Below, piece by piece: positions 18,232 to 27,858 of a DNA stretch of 64,000 nt (position 1 is the stretch's first letter; the number at the start of each line of letters is the position of its first letter). The notes below the pieces were generated by a model. That model made no database searches. It worked only from the letters and a program-made list of their open reading frames with translations, and was not told where the DNA came from. Source of the DNA: Candidatus Bruticola sp. Its GTDB lineage: Bacteria; Vulcanimicrobiota; Xenobia; Xenobiales; Xenobiaceae. The translations under genes and the position numbers were made by a program. The stretch lies in assembly GCA_051874735.1 (NCBI GenBank), contig JBJEGD010000013.1, positions 1 through 64,000 of the forward strand, read 5' to 3'.

Positions 18232-19161
18232 TTAAGGAACTGGTACACTGTCTAATATGTTCTCTATAAGTGAACTAACATTTACATTATTTCCAACTAT
18301 CAGGCGATGTGACAGTACATGAGGAGCCAAAGCTTTGATGTCGTCAGGTACGATATAAGCTCTTTTATGGAGTATAGCCCACGCTTGTCCTAACCTATAC
18401 AAAGCTTGTGAAGCTCGGGGACTAGCTCCTAGTACAATCTGCTGATGATGGCGAGTGGCGTCTGAAATGTTTACTATGTAGCTGCGCACAGCTTGACTGA
18501 CATGCACCGATCGCACTGCTTCAGACGCTTGCTTAAGTTCCTCCATAGTGCATACTGGTTGTAGAGTATCGATAGGATGAACACTATGCTGAATATGAAG
18601 CATGTCTGTTTCAGCTTCTTGATTAGGATAGCCCAAGCTCAGTTTTATAGAGAAGCGATCCAATTGAGCTTCAGGAAGACGGAAAGTTCCTTCAAATTCA
18701 ATGGGATTCTGTGTGGCTATTACAATAAAAGGCGAAGGCAAATCGTAAGTTTGGCCTCCTACAGTAGCCTGACGTTCTTCCATGCACTCTAAAAGAGCTG
18801 ATTGCATTTTAGGAGTAGCTCTGTTAAGCTCATCGGCTAGCAGTACATTGGTGAAGACTGGACCAGGACAAAAGACAAAAGATTCCTTTTTCCGATTGTA
18901 TATAGAAGTGCCTAGCAAATCGGAAGGCAGCAAATCTGGGGTACACTGTAAGCGTGAGAATTTGCCGCTAATAGACCTAGCCAGAGCACGGCAAAACATA
19001 GTCTTACCTACACCCGGTACATCCTCAAACAATATATTCCCACCGCTTAAGACGGTAGCTGTAGCCAAAAACACAGTTTCATTCTTGTCAAGAATAACTG
19101 AATTAATATTGTTGATTAAGCTTTCTGCCAAAATTAAGGTTTGCTTTAGAGAGTAAGACAT
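18232..19161 (-). CDS. MoxR-family AAA+ ATPase
   Basis: EDVPGVGKT, RLQCTPDLLPSD, LADELNRATPK, ATQNPIE, LPEAQLDRF, GASPRA. Confidence 0.95.
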   Translation of the reverse strand: MSYSLKQTLILAESLINNINSVILDKNETVFLATATVLSGGNILFEDVPGVGKTMFCRALARSISGKFSRLQCTPDLLPSDLLGTSIYNRKKESFVFCPGPVFTNVLLADELNRATPKMQSALLECMEERQATVGGQTYDLPSPFIVIATQNPIEFEGTFRLPEAQLDRFSIKLSLGYPNQEAETDMLHIQHSVHPIDTLQPVCTMEELKQASEAVRSVHVSQAVRSYIVNISDATRHHQQIVLGASPRASQALYRLGQAWAILHKRAYIVPDDIKALAPHVLSHRLIVGNNVNVSSLIENILDSVPVP

Positions 19162-20294
19162 TCTATATCCGAATTAGCGATAACGCGCGAGCGCAAAGGA
19201 GCACTAGTACTAGTTTTGGTAGGCGTGTAAGTTTCTATAAATGCTTTTGAGCCTGGGCAGCCGTGGACGTCAATATTGATTACTCTGTCATCGTAGGCAC
19301 GCACATGATCACTATCACGGGAGAGGGGGGTATGTCCGATTACGCAGCTAGTGCACTGAAAACCGTTGAGCATATTGCGCATTTCTTCATCGGTAAACTG
19401 TGATGTGCGCGTACCTGACTGATAATCGTAGCCCCAGATTCGGCGTCCCCAGATGAAATTTTCTCTGGCGGCCAAATAAGCACTTTCAGGCAGTTCCGCC
19501 AGCTCTTGCATAGGACGCCAGTACTCGCGGTTGTCGGGAACTGAGTGGGAAAAGAGTCTATTGTTGACGACCACTCCCAGATAAAGATTGTCCTCTAAAT
19601 ATTGGCAGGCGCCGCTGTGCATAACTTCGGCCCATTTTTCTAAGCCACCGAATCCTTCGGCTGTTCCTTCGCCTCCTTGATACCACCAGTTAATAAAGCC
19701 CATTGCTTCTTCGATCTGGTCGCTATTTAAGCCGCGATCGGAAAGCTGTTTCCTGAGCAAAGGATAAATGCGACTGGTCAAAAGAGTATTGGTAATAAAA
19801 TCGGAACTTAGATAATTGGTAACTTTCGCAGAAGCAATCATCATTAAGTCGTGATTACCCAAGATAGGATAAAAACGGCTGTCAAAATTCGGATCAAAAC
19901 GGCGCAGGCGGGCCATATCTTTCTGTAGACTGACTATAAGCTCAATTATTTTGCGCGGACCTTCAACGGCATTTTTAGTAGTTTGATCGAAAGGAGCTTC
20001 TAAAGGTTCTCCACGCCAGTCGACGTAATCGCCTATGAAGATCAGATCGACACGATCCGCCTTGGGATTCCAAGAAATAGTGCCAGGAAGGAGAAAATCC
20101 ATTTCCCGCAAGTAGCGGAGCAAACGATAATAATCGCCGTGTAAATCTCCGACAGCCATTAAAGTACGAGTTTTTTCGTCAATAGGCGGTCTGCCGTTGT
20201 CATCAGCTGGATGACTTTCGGTGGACGCAATACCATCATTAATGTGCTTATCTGCTATAGGGTCCATGCGCTTTTCAATCTCCCGAACAATCAA
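19146..20294 (-). CDS. Calcineurin-like metallophosphoesterase (Shewanella-like PPP phosphatase type)
   Basis: GDLHG, GDYVDWRG, LGNHD, SHS, GHTP, NIDV; start may be ATG 20267. Confidence 0.85.
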   Translation of the reverse strand: MIVREIEKRMDPIADKHINDGIASTESHPADDNGRPPIDEKTRTLMAVGDLHGDYYRLLRYLREMDFLLPGTISWNPKADRVDLIFIGDYVDWRGEPLEAPFDQTTKNAVEGPRKIIELIVSLQKDMARLRRFDPNFDSRFYPILGNHDLMMIASAKVTNYLSSDFITNTLLTSRIYPLLRKQLSDRGLNSDQIEEAMGFINWWYQGGEGTAEGFGGLEKWAEVMHSGACQYLEDNLYLGVVVNNRLFSHSVPDNREYWRPMQELAELPESAYLAARENFIWGRRIWGYDYQSGTRTSQFTDEEMRNMLNGFQCTSCVIGHTPLSRDSDHVRAYDDRVINIDVHGCPGSKAFIETYTPTKTSTSAPLRSRVIANSDIECLTL

Positions 20295-20556
20295 TTGAGC
20301 AATACAGCTATTTTACAGACATTCTAAGATAGGCGTCTGCAAAACGCGCCAAAACTCAGCGGCATTTCGATATCTATTTCCTCTCTTCCTGTTCTCTTAA
20401 GTTCAGGCTTAATTGAGAATTACGTTGCTTCATACGTTCAAAATTAGTGGTTGGAGATGTTTTAGGTCAAACGACAAAATAAAGGCTCCTAGGGAGTTTG
20501 TAAAGAATGGGCCCAGCTAAATTTATTTAGGAGCAACTAAGGAGTAAATACTGTTT

Positions 20557-22050
20557 ATGCCATTATTTAAACACTCAAAAAATTCTCGCAATGCGCGGTC
20601 GCGGCGGGGAGAACACGGCTCCAGCCGGGACAGCCGCTTTACCCCAAAAAGTGCAGAAAAAAGCAATTATACCAAACGGGAGCGCTTTGTCCGATCTGCT
20701 GAGGAAAAAATTATTAATCCCGAATACGCCGATCCAGCCGAACTTGTCGAAGCTGCTCGAAAAGAGCGACGCCGCCAGCGCGCTCTAAAAGAGGCGCAGG
20801 CTCCAGTGAGTCCTGAGCAGGAAGCAGCTTTAAAATCTATATCTTTATTTTTAGATAATTATGCAGATCTCTTTGTCGACTGTCAAAACTGGCTCTTTAT
20901 GCGAGCCCATTTCACTCCTGAACTATTTTATAGTGATCCAGCTTCCGGATTAGGACGCTTTGCGTTTTCACCAGGTGGTAAAATTACCTGTGAGCAGAGT
21001 TCCGCTCGTGCTTATCGTCGTTTGGCTGGCCATACTCTGGCTCCTAAAGATCGAGTCCACCGTCAAACTGCAAATTGTTTGCTTTTTGTCGGCTATCCAT
21101 CTGAGGAGACCCCTGAAGTCGGTCTAGTTCAACCCTGGGATAACGAAGGTGAGTATAAGCTTGTTTACGATGCTGCTTTAATTTTGGGTACATCGTCGCG
21201 TGCTGAAAATTATGTCAATTTTGTGCGGGCTTTGCGTTCTGTGAGAAGCGGAGGCTTGATTCTATTTTCTATAGCTAACACCTTGGGAGCTGGAAGTTTT
21301 GAAAAGGCTATGAGTGAGTACACCCCTCTAGCTGCCCAGCAATCTAAGTATCACTGTCGAACCTTTGCCATTAGGGTGCCGGAAAATATAGCTGCTGAAG
21401 AACGCATGGCTGAATTGATGCAGAAGTGGGAAGAGGGGTTTAACTATAGGATTTGCACCGATAGCGGTTTACTTTCTCGCCCCGGTATTTTTAGCTGGAA
21501 TAAAGCTGATGGCGGCTCTAAACTTTTGGCTGATTATATAAAGAACAAGGCTCAACTGCGTGGGGTGGGAGCCGATTTAGGCAGCGCTAATGGATTTTTG
21601 ACCAAAGCCGCGCTGGAGTCACGTTCTTGTCAGGCTGGGGAAATTAGTCGTATCGATCTTTTTGAAGATGAATATCTCTCTTTGGCTGCGGCTAAAGCTC
21701 TGCTCAAAGATAAAAATCCTAAAGTGCGTATTGGCTATAGCTGGGCTGATGTAATTAGTGATGTACCTCATGAACAGTATGACTGGATTGTCATGAATCC
21801 ACCTTTCCATCAAGGACAGACGCGAGTGCTAAATTTAGGACGTGAATTTGTGGCCAGTGCGGCCAGGGCTTTGACTTGGCGCGGTGTTCTGTACGTAGTA
21901 GTTAACCGCACTCTGCCTTATGAGGACACTTTAGCGGAGTATTTTAAAAACTATGAAAAAGTAGCTGAGAATAACAGCTTCAAAGTCTTTGTGGCTTCTG
22001 AGCCGCTGAGCAGCGTCGGGAACGCTGAATATCGCTGCAGAAAGGCCTAA
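20557..22050 (+). CDS. Class I SAM methyltransferase, RsmC-like, with a long basic N-terminal extension
   Basis: SRPGIFSWNKADGGSKLL, ADLGSANG, MNPPFH, VVNRTLPYE; SD AAGGAG. Confidence 0.8.
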   Translation: MPLFKHSKNSRNARSRRGEHGSSRDSRFTPKSAEKSNYTKRERFVRSAEEKIINPEYADPAELVEAARKERRRQRALKEAQAPVSPEQEAALKSISLFLDNYADLFVDCQNWLFMRAHFTPELFYSDPASGLGRFAFSPGGKITCEQSSARAYRRLAGHTLAPKDRVHRQTANCLLFVGYPSEETPEVGLVQPWDNEGEYKLVYDAALILGTSSRAENYVNFVRALRSVRSGGLILFSIANTLGAGSFEKAMSEYTPLAAQQSKYHCRTFAIRVPENIAAEERMAELMQKWEEGFNYRICTDSGLLSRPGIFSWNKADGGSKLLADYIKNKAQLRGVGADLGSANGFLTKAALESRSCQAGEISRIDLFEDEYLSLAAAKALLKDKNPKVRIGYSWADVISDVPHEQYDWIVMNPPFHQGQTRVLNLGREFVASAARALTWRGVLYVVVNRTLPYEDTLAEYFKNYEKVAENNSFKVFVASEPLSSVGNAEYRCRKA

Positions 22051-22058
22051 AATAAGAT

Positions 22059-22853
22059 ATGAAGGTTCGTCTAGATAAACTACTGGCCAGTCGAGGTCTA
22101 TGTCGTCGATCTGAAACTGAGAAATTTCTCCGGTCTGGAGAAGTGGTTTCTTTGAAGGAACAATTAAAAAGGGCAGATCAAAAAGTGGAATCGGCCGATA
22201 TCCTTTTTCGAGGCGAACCTGTAGGCCCTGAAAAACTATACGTTTTAATGTATAAGCCCCAAGGATATGTATGCAGTCGCCGTGATGCTGGGCCTCTTGT
22301 CTATGAACTTCTGCCTGAGCATTGGAGCAGGCGAGTTCCTGCTCTTGAGAGTGTAGGACGTCTTGATAAAGATACTACAGGCGCTTTGCTTTTTACTAAT
22401 GATGGGCCGTTGCTGCACAAACTCATTGCTCCCAAACACCATAAACCTAAGGTATATGAAGTTTGGCTCGAGCGTCCGGTTAATGATGAGCAAGTTCAAC
22501 TGCTTAGGGGGGGCGGTTTAGTTTTAACTGGAGAATCTAAGCCGCTTAAGCCTGCTCCTGTTCTGCTTTTGCCTGCATATTTCGATAAATATGAGCCTAT
22601 GCTGAGTCTGCGCGTCTCTGGAGAACTTATCGATCCCGCCTGCAATTATGCTTGGGCAGCTGCCCAAAGTAATCATTTATTGATGACTCTTACAGAGGGA
22701 CGCTATCATCAGGTTAAGCGCATGTTCGCTTGTTTAGATAATGAAGTATTGAGACTACATCGTGTCAGTTTCGCCGATTTAGATTTAACTGGTTTGCAGA
22801 TTGGACAGTACCGCTGCTTGATTGAAGAAGAAATTTTACAATTGCTTAATTAA
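22059..22853 (+). CDS. rsuA: RsuA-family pseudouridine synthase
   Basis: S4 domain RLDKLLA, YKPQGYVCS, VGRLDKDTTG, EGRYHQVKRMF. Confidence 0.85.
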   Translation: MKVRLDKLLASRGLCRRSETEKFLRSGEVVSLKEQLKRADQKVESADILFRGEPVGPEKLYVLMYKPQGYVCSRRDAGPLVYELLPEHWSRRVPALESVGRLDKDTTGALLFTNDGPLLHKLIAPKHHKPKVYEVWLERPVNDEQVQLLRGGGLVLTGESKPLKPAPVLLLPAYFDKYEPMLSLRVSGELIDPACNYAWAAAQSNHLLMTLTEGRYHQVKRMFACLDNEVLRLHRVSFADLDLTGLQIGQYRCLIEEEILQLLN

Positions 22854-22972
22854 TTAACACCATTTTTTTACTTATTGATAAAGGTTAAAAAAGCGTTTTT
22901 GTCAAATCGTTATATGATAAAGGTATATTTTAGGGATATTACATTTTTGGGATTATAAAGTAAAAATTATCT

Positions 22973-25546
22973 ATGATTGACGCTCAGAGTATAATGGTAT
23001 GCCGGTCAGATCAAGAACAGATTAATCTGCTGGCTGAGTCTTGTCAGTGCAGTCGCTTGCTGGCTCATCTAATGATAAACAGAGGTATAAAAACACCGGA
23101 TCAAGTCGAAAAATATTTTAAAGCTTCAACTAATGATCTTTACAATGCTGAGGAATATCCGGGAGTTGTCAAAGCTACCGATTTGATTGCGGCTTCACTC
23201 AGTAAGGGAGAGAAAATTTTTGTTTGCGGAGATTACGATGTTGACGGTATAACCGCTTCCGCCATTTTGCTGTTGGGACTGCGCCGTCTTCAAGCTCAGA
23301 TCGAGTGTCATCTTCCGCATCGTTTCTCTGAAGGTTTCGGCCTTTCACAAGAGGGAGTGGAAGCGGCTCTTAGCTACGGGGCCAATCTGCTCATTACGGT
23401 CGACTGCGGATCTTCTAGCGCTGATAGTGTAGCTTACGCTAAAAGTCGCGGCCTCAAAGTCATAGTTACCGATCATCACCAGATTGAGGGAAAGGCGGCT
23501 TGTCCCGATGTTTTTGTCAACGCTAATTTAGAAGGACATAAGTACCCTTTTTCTAAGCTTTGCGGCGCCGGAGTTGCCTGGAAATTGCTTTGTGCCGTGT
23601 TCAAACGCTTTTCTTTACCTGAGCCCTTCGATTTACTCGATATGGTTGCCATGGCTACTTTGTGCGATATGGTGCCTTTAATAGATGAAAATCGCACCCT
23701 GGCCATGTTGGGGCTGCCTATGTTCGCTTCTTTAGAGCGTTCTTGTTTTAAAATTTTAACAGAAGGGTGTAAAGTCGCTCCTGATTCGATTAACGCTCAG
23801 TCTATTCTATTTTCTATAGGCCCTAAAATTAATGCTTGTGGACGTATGGACAGACCGGATTGCGCTCTTGAGCTTTTGTTAGCTCAAAGTCCTGAAGTTT
23901 GTCGCCTGAAGGTCGGCCGCCTGATCGAATTGAGTGAGGAACGTCATCGTGTTGAATCAGCCACTTTCCGTGAAATAGAAGAGCAGCTTAGTGTCCGCCA
24001 GGAAAGTAAGCAATCCTGTATTTTTGTGTACGGACACTGGCATAAAGGTGTATTGGGTATCTGCGCTCAGCGTGTCATGGATATATACAGAATCCCTGTA
24101 TTTGTGGCTACAGATGATGATGGACAGTTAATGGGAAGTGCCCGAGCTCCTGAAGGAGTGAATTTACTAGATATTTTTGCTTTATGTTGCGAACATTTAG
24201 AAAAATATGGAGGTCATGCTAACGCCGGCGGCTTTACTCTCAAAAAAGGTGCTGAAGAAGCTTTTAGAAAGTCACTAAATGAGGCTTGTATAAAGTTGGA
24301 GATTACTCCTCCCAAAAAAATAGCTGATGCTTATGTGCCGATTCATAAACTGAGTATCGATCTTGTACGCGAATTGGAGCGTCTAGAACCTACGGGCAAG
24401 GAGAACGAAAAACCAACTTTTTTAGCTTCTGGCGTTAGAGTTGTCAGCCGCTTGAGGCCGATGGGCAAGTTCGGGACTAGTGTATCATTTCAAATAGCCG
24501 ACGATCATTTCCCCATCGGCAGGGCTCCTATTAAAGCTGTTGCTTTTAATAAAGTAAAAGATTTGGCTATTTTGGATATAAAAAACTGTACTATCAGTCT
24601 TTTGTATAATGTAGAAGTAAATATCTGGGCTGGCCGCAGTGAACTGCAGGTCACTATCAAAGATTTTATAGCTCCCGATCCGCGTTTAGCTGAAATTTTA
24701 CCTCAACCCGATGAACAAAATCAGGTGTTTGCCCCTTATGAAGAGGCTGGACGAATAGTGAGTCTTTTAGATAGGAGCGCCTATTTGCAGAGTATTTTTG
24801 CTCAGACTGATTTGCCCAAGCGGTTAATAGATGGTCGTAATATTCTAGATAAGCCATTTTATCTGCAGTGTATTATTAACAATTTGGGTGAAACTGAAGG
24901 CGAAAAACGTATTTTAATTGTGGGAGAGTCCGCTGAGCAGAACCATCAGTTTAGCTTAGGTATAAATAATGAATCTTGTCGGTTTATTTTATCTATGGAT
25001 ACTTATATAGGGGAAGGTGGAACGAGTCTCTTAGCTAAAAACGAGGTTTATAATCAAGTTGTGTTATTGGCCCCGCCTTTACAGTTAGAATTCTTCCAGC
25101 TGTCCTGTATAAAAGGTGCTGACAAAATTCATGTGCTCTTTAGTCATGAACAAATACTAAATATGCGCCGCCGTTTAAGTTCTTATGCTCTCAACTATGA
25201 AAATGTGGCTGATACTTATCGTTGGCTTATCCGCTTTACTGAACAGGGACGTAAAGAACAGGCTGTAAGTATAAAGCAGCTTAAAGCTGTGGCTAAAGAA
25301 TTGAATATGGAAACGATTAAGCTGCAGCGCTCTCTAAAGGTGTTGGAGCAGTTAGGTTTGCTATATGTTTCTGAAGTTGAAAGAGGAAACAGTGTTTGGC
25401 GTTTTCGTAAACCTAAAGACGGCAGTAAATTAGATCTTAGTAGTTCTCCTCTTTACTGCAGTGCTTCAAAGCTTGTGCATGATTTTGAAGAAATCAGGCA
25501 AAGTTTTAACTCTTTTTGTTTAAAAGAAGACTTTTTATCCTACTAG
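22973..25546 (+). CDS. recJ: Single-stranded-DNA exonuclease RecJ with a C-terminal extension
   Basis: DYDVDG, TVDCG, TDHH, LCGAGVA, PKINACGR, GSAR, GGH; OB fold followed by about 290 extra aa ending in a winged-helix-like segment. Confidence 0.93.
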   Translation: MIDAQSIMVCRSDQEQINLLAESCQCSRLLAHLMINRGIKTPDQVEKYFKASTNDLYNAEEYPGVVKATDLIAASLSKGEKIFVCGDYDVDGITASAILLLGLRRLQAQIECHLPHRFSEGFGLSQEGVEAALSYGANLLITVDCGSSSADSVAYAKSRGLKVIVTDHHQIEGKAACPDVFVNANLEGHKYPFSKLCGAGVAWKLLCAVFKRFSLPEPFDLLDMVAMATLCDMVPLIDENRTLAMLGLPMFASLERSCFKILTEGCKVAPDSINAQSILFSIGPKINACGRMDRPDCALELLLAQSPEVCRLKVGRLIELSEERHRVESATFREIEEQLSVRQESKQSCIFVYGHWHKGVLGICAQRVMDIYRIPVFVATDDDGQLMGSARAPEGVNLLDIFALCCEHLEKYGGHANAGGFTLKKGAEEAFRKSLNEACIKLEITPPKKIADAYVPIHKLSIDLVRELERLEPTGKENEKPTFLASGVRVVSRLRPMGKFGTSVSFQIADDHFPIGRAPIKAVAFNKVKDLAILDIKNCTISLLYNVEVNIWAGRSELQVTIKDFIAPDPRLAEILPQPDEQNQVFAPYEEAGRIVSLLDRSAYLQSIFAQTDLPKRLIDGRNILDKPFYLQCIINNLGETEGEKRILIVGESAEQNHQFSLGINNESCRFILSMDTYIGEGGTSLLAKNEVYNQVVLLAPPLQLEFFQLSCIKGADKIHVLFSHEQILNMRRRLSSYALNYENVADTYRWLIRFTEQGRKEQAVSIKQLKAVAKELNMETIKLQRSLKVLEQLGLLYVSEVERGNSVWRFRKPKDGSKLDLSSSPLYCSASKLVHDFEEIRQSFNSFCLKEDFLSY

Positions 25547-25595
25547 AAGTTGTGCTCATTAATAAAGGGTGAGATTGTCGAAAGGAAAGTATAAG

Positions 25596-25973
25596 ATGAA
25601 AAAAAGTCAAGCTATTAGCCTCGTTATTTTTGCAGTTCTTTTTGTAGTCTGTTTTTGCAGCGATATAGTCGGCGCTCATCCTGGGGGGCCGGGAGAGCAT
25701 CATCCTAAAAGAGAACCCAGATGTGAGGTAAAAGTCTGTAATGATTCTGATTTTCCTATTTATGTTATGATTGACGGACGCAATGAAGGCTCAGTTTGGA
25801 AACACAGTTCTGAAACTTTTAAGATTCACAAATGGGGCTCTATGAAAGTAGAAGCTGAAGCTAAAGGGGAAACGGCTAGCGATTGGATAAATTTAAATCC
25901 AGGTAACGAAAAAGCGGAAGTTACTTTTAATAATGACGATTTTCCCTCTTTAGATCCTAAAGCTGACAATTAA
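25596..25973 (+). CDS. Small secreted beta-rich (PEGA/Ig-like) protein
   Basis: Signal peptide MKKSQAISLVIFAVLFVVCF; VKVCNDSDFPIYVMIDG. Confidence 0.55.
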   Translation: MKKSQAISLVIFAVLFVVCFCSDIVGAHPGGPGEHHPKREPRCEVKVCNDSDFPIYVMIDGRNEGSVWKHSSETFKIHKWGSMKVEAEAKGETASDWINLNPGNEKAEVTFNNDDFPSLDPKADN

Positions 25974-25990
25974 CAATATAGTATAAAATT

Positions 25991-26039
25991 AAAAGGCGGC
26001 CGTCTTTACTCTGCGAGCAGCAGAGACGGCCGCCTTTTT
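25991..26039. terminator. Bidirectional intrinsic terminator
   Basis: AAAAGGCGGCCGTCT...AGACGGCCGCCTTTT. Confidence 0.85.
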
Positions 26040-26060
26040 GTCAGATTTTATGGAAAATAA

Positions 26061-27662
26061 TTAAAGGGGAATATTGCCGTGCTTTTTCGTTGGGGGGGCA
26101 ATATTCTTAGTGCTCAGAGCTACAAGAGCACTGCGCAGCTTGAAACGCGATTCCTTAGGATGAATAACCTCAGTTATGAAGCCTTTAGAAGCTGCTTCAT
26201 AGGGGTTAAGGAAGCGTTCCTCATATTCAGCGACGCACTTGGCCTTTTCTGCTGCCGGATCAGCGGCGGCTTTTATGCGCTTTTTAAAAGCAATGTTGAC
26301 AGCACCTTCTGCTCCCATTACGGCAATTTCTGCAATTGGCCAGGCGTAGACGTAATCTGCTCCCATATTCTTGGAGTTCATGGCGATATAAGCGCCGCCG
26401 TAGGCCTTGCGCATTATAAGAGTAATTTTAGGTACGGTCGCTTCTGAATAAGCAAACAGCATTTTCGCACCATGACGGATAATACCGCTATGCTCTTGCT
26501 GAGTTCCAGGCAAGAAAGCTGGCACATCGACCAAAGTAACTAGCGGAATATTAAAACAGTCACAGAAGCGGATAAAGCGAGCGGCTTTATCGGAAGCATG
26601 ATAATCGAGAGAACCGGCCATGCAGTTGGCTTGATTAGCGACAATACCAACAACATCGCCTCCTAACCGGCCAAAACCAACTACTATATTGGCTGCAAAT
26701 TCTTTTTGCACTTCCATAAAACTGCCGGGATCGAAAATGACGTCGATGACCTCTTTGACATCGTAAGATTTTTTACTATTGTCAGGAACAATACTAGTAA
26801 GAGTGTGACACTTGTCAGCAGCTTCAATCTCTTTATTATGCTTAAAAAGGTTGGATATAGTGCTCAAAAAAGAGGACTGTTTGGGAGCTGTGCTGGGTAG
26901 CGACGAAATATATGATTGGGGCAGATAACTCAGCAGCTGACGCACGCCCATCAAACATTCGTACTCAGAATCGTAGGTGAAATGGGAAACTCCGCTCTTG
27001 CGAGCATGAATATCGGCTCCGCCCAGTTGTTCGACAGAAACTTCTTCTCCTATTACTGTTTTGACTACGTTAGGCCCAGTAATGAACATTTTGGAGACGC
27101 CGCGGACCATAAAAATAAAGTCGCATATAGCGGGAGCGTAGCAAGCACCGCCGGAGCAGGGCCCCAGAATAAGGGCTATTTGCGGGATTACGCCTGAAGC
27201 TAAAGTATGGCGCTGGAACATGCCGGCATAGCCGCTCAAAGAGCAGATGCCTTCTTCTATACGAGCGCCGCCGCTGTCATTAATGCAGATAATGGGGGCT
27301 TTGGCTTCCATAGCCATATCCTGCAGACGGCAAATCTTCATGGAGTGATATTCACCTAAGGTACCGCCAATAACTGTAAAATCTTCGCTGTATACGAATA
27401 CTAAGCGACCGCCTATTTCGCCGTATCCAGTAATTACGCCGTCTCCTAAGGCTCTTTTCTTATCTAAGTCGAAATCATCTATGCGTGATTCAATAAAGTT
27501 GTCCGTTTCCACAAAAGTTCCGGGATCGAGCAGCTTCTCTAAACGCTCTCTGGCTGTGAGTTTTCCGGACTGATGCTGCTTATCGATGCGATCTTGTCCC
27601 CCTCCGAGTAAAGCCTTAGCCCTTTTGGCCTCCAGTTTCTGTATGGCTTCATTCCAATTCAT
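26061..27662 (-). CDS. Acyl-CoA carboxylase carboxyltransferase subunit (PccB/MmdA family)
   Basis: GKLTARER, GDGVITGYG, DFTVIGGTLG, DSGGARIEEG, RFIRFCDCFNIP, RKAYGGAY, KKHGNIPL. Confidence 0.93.
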   Translation of the reverse strand: MNWNEAIQKLEAKRAKALLGGGQDRIDKQHQSGKLTARERLEKLLDPGTFVETDNFIESRIDDFDLDKKRALGDGVITGYGEIGGRLVFVYSEDFTVIGGTLGEYHSMKICRLQDMAMEAKAPIICINDSGGARIEEGICSLSGYAGMFQRHTLASGVIPQIALILGPCSGGACYAPAICDFIFMVRGVSKMFITGPNVVKTVIGEEVSVEQLGGADIHARKSGVSHFTYDSEYECLMGVRQLLSYLPQSYISSLPSTAPKQSSFLSTISNLFKHNKEIEAADKCHTLTSIVPDNSKKSYDVKEVIDVIFDPGSFMEVQKEFAANIVVGFGRLGGDVVGIVANQANCMAGSLDYHASDKAARFIRFCDCFNIPLVTLVDVPAFLPGTQQEHSGIIRHGAKMLFAYSEATVPKITLIMRKAYGGAYIAMNSKNMGADYVYAWPIAEIAVMGAEGAVNIAFKKRIKAAADPAAEKAKCVAEYEERFLNPYEAASKGFITEVIHPKESRFKLRSALVALSTKNIAPPTKKHGNIPL

Positions 27663-27858
27663 TAAAAAAATGTACCTCTTTATCGATAAAATTTTATCAT
27701 AAATCGAGGGGTGCTTTTTTTTATGATTAAATAAAATCCTCTTTTTGGCGGTTTGTCAGGCTGATAGATAAGTTGAACATAACTTTATAGAGGCAGTGAA
27801 AACATTACATTATTTTCTGATCCAAACAACTCATATTTATCTGTGTCTCTTACATTTT

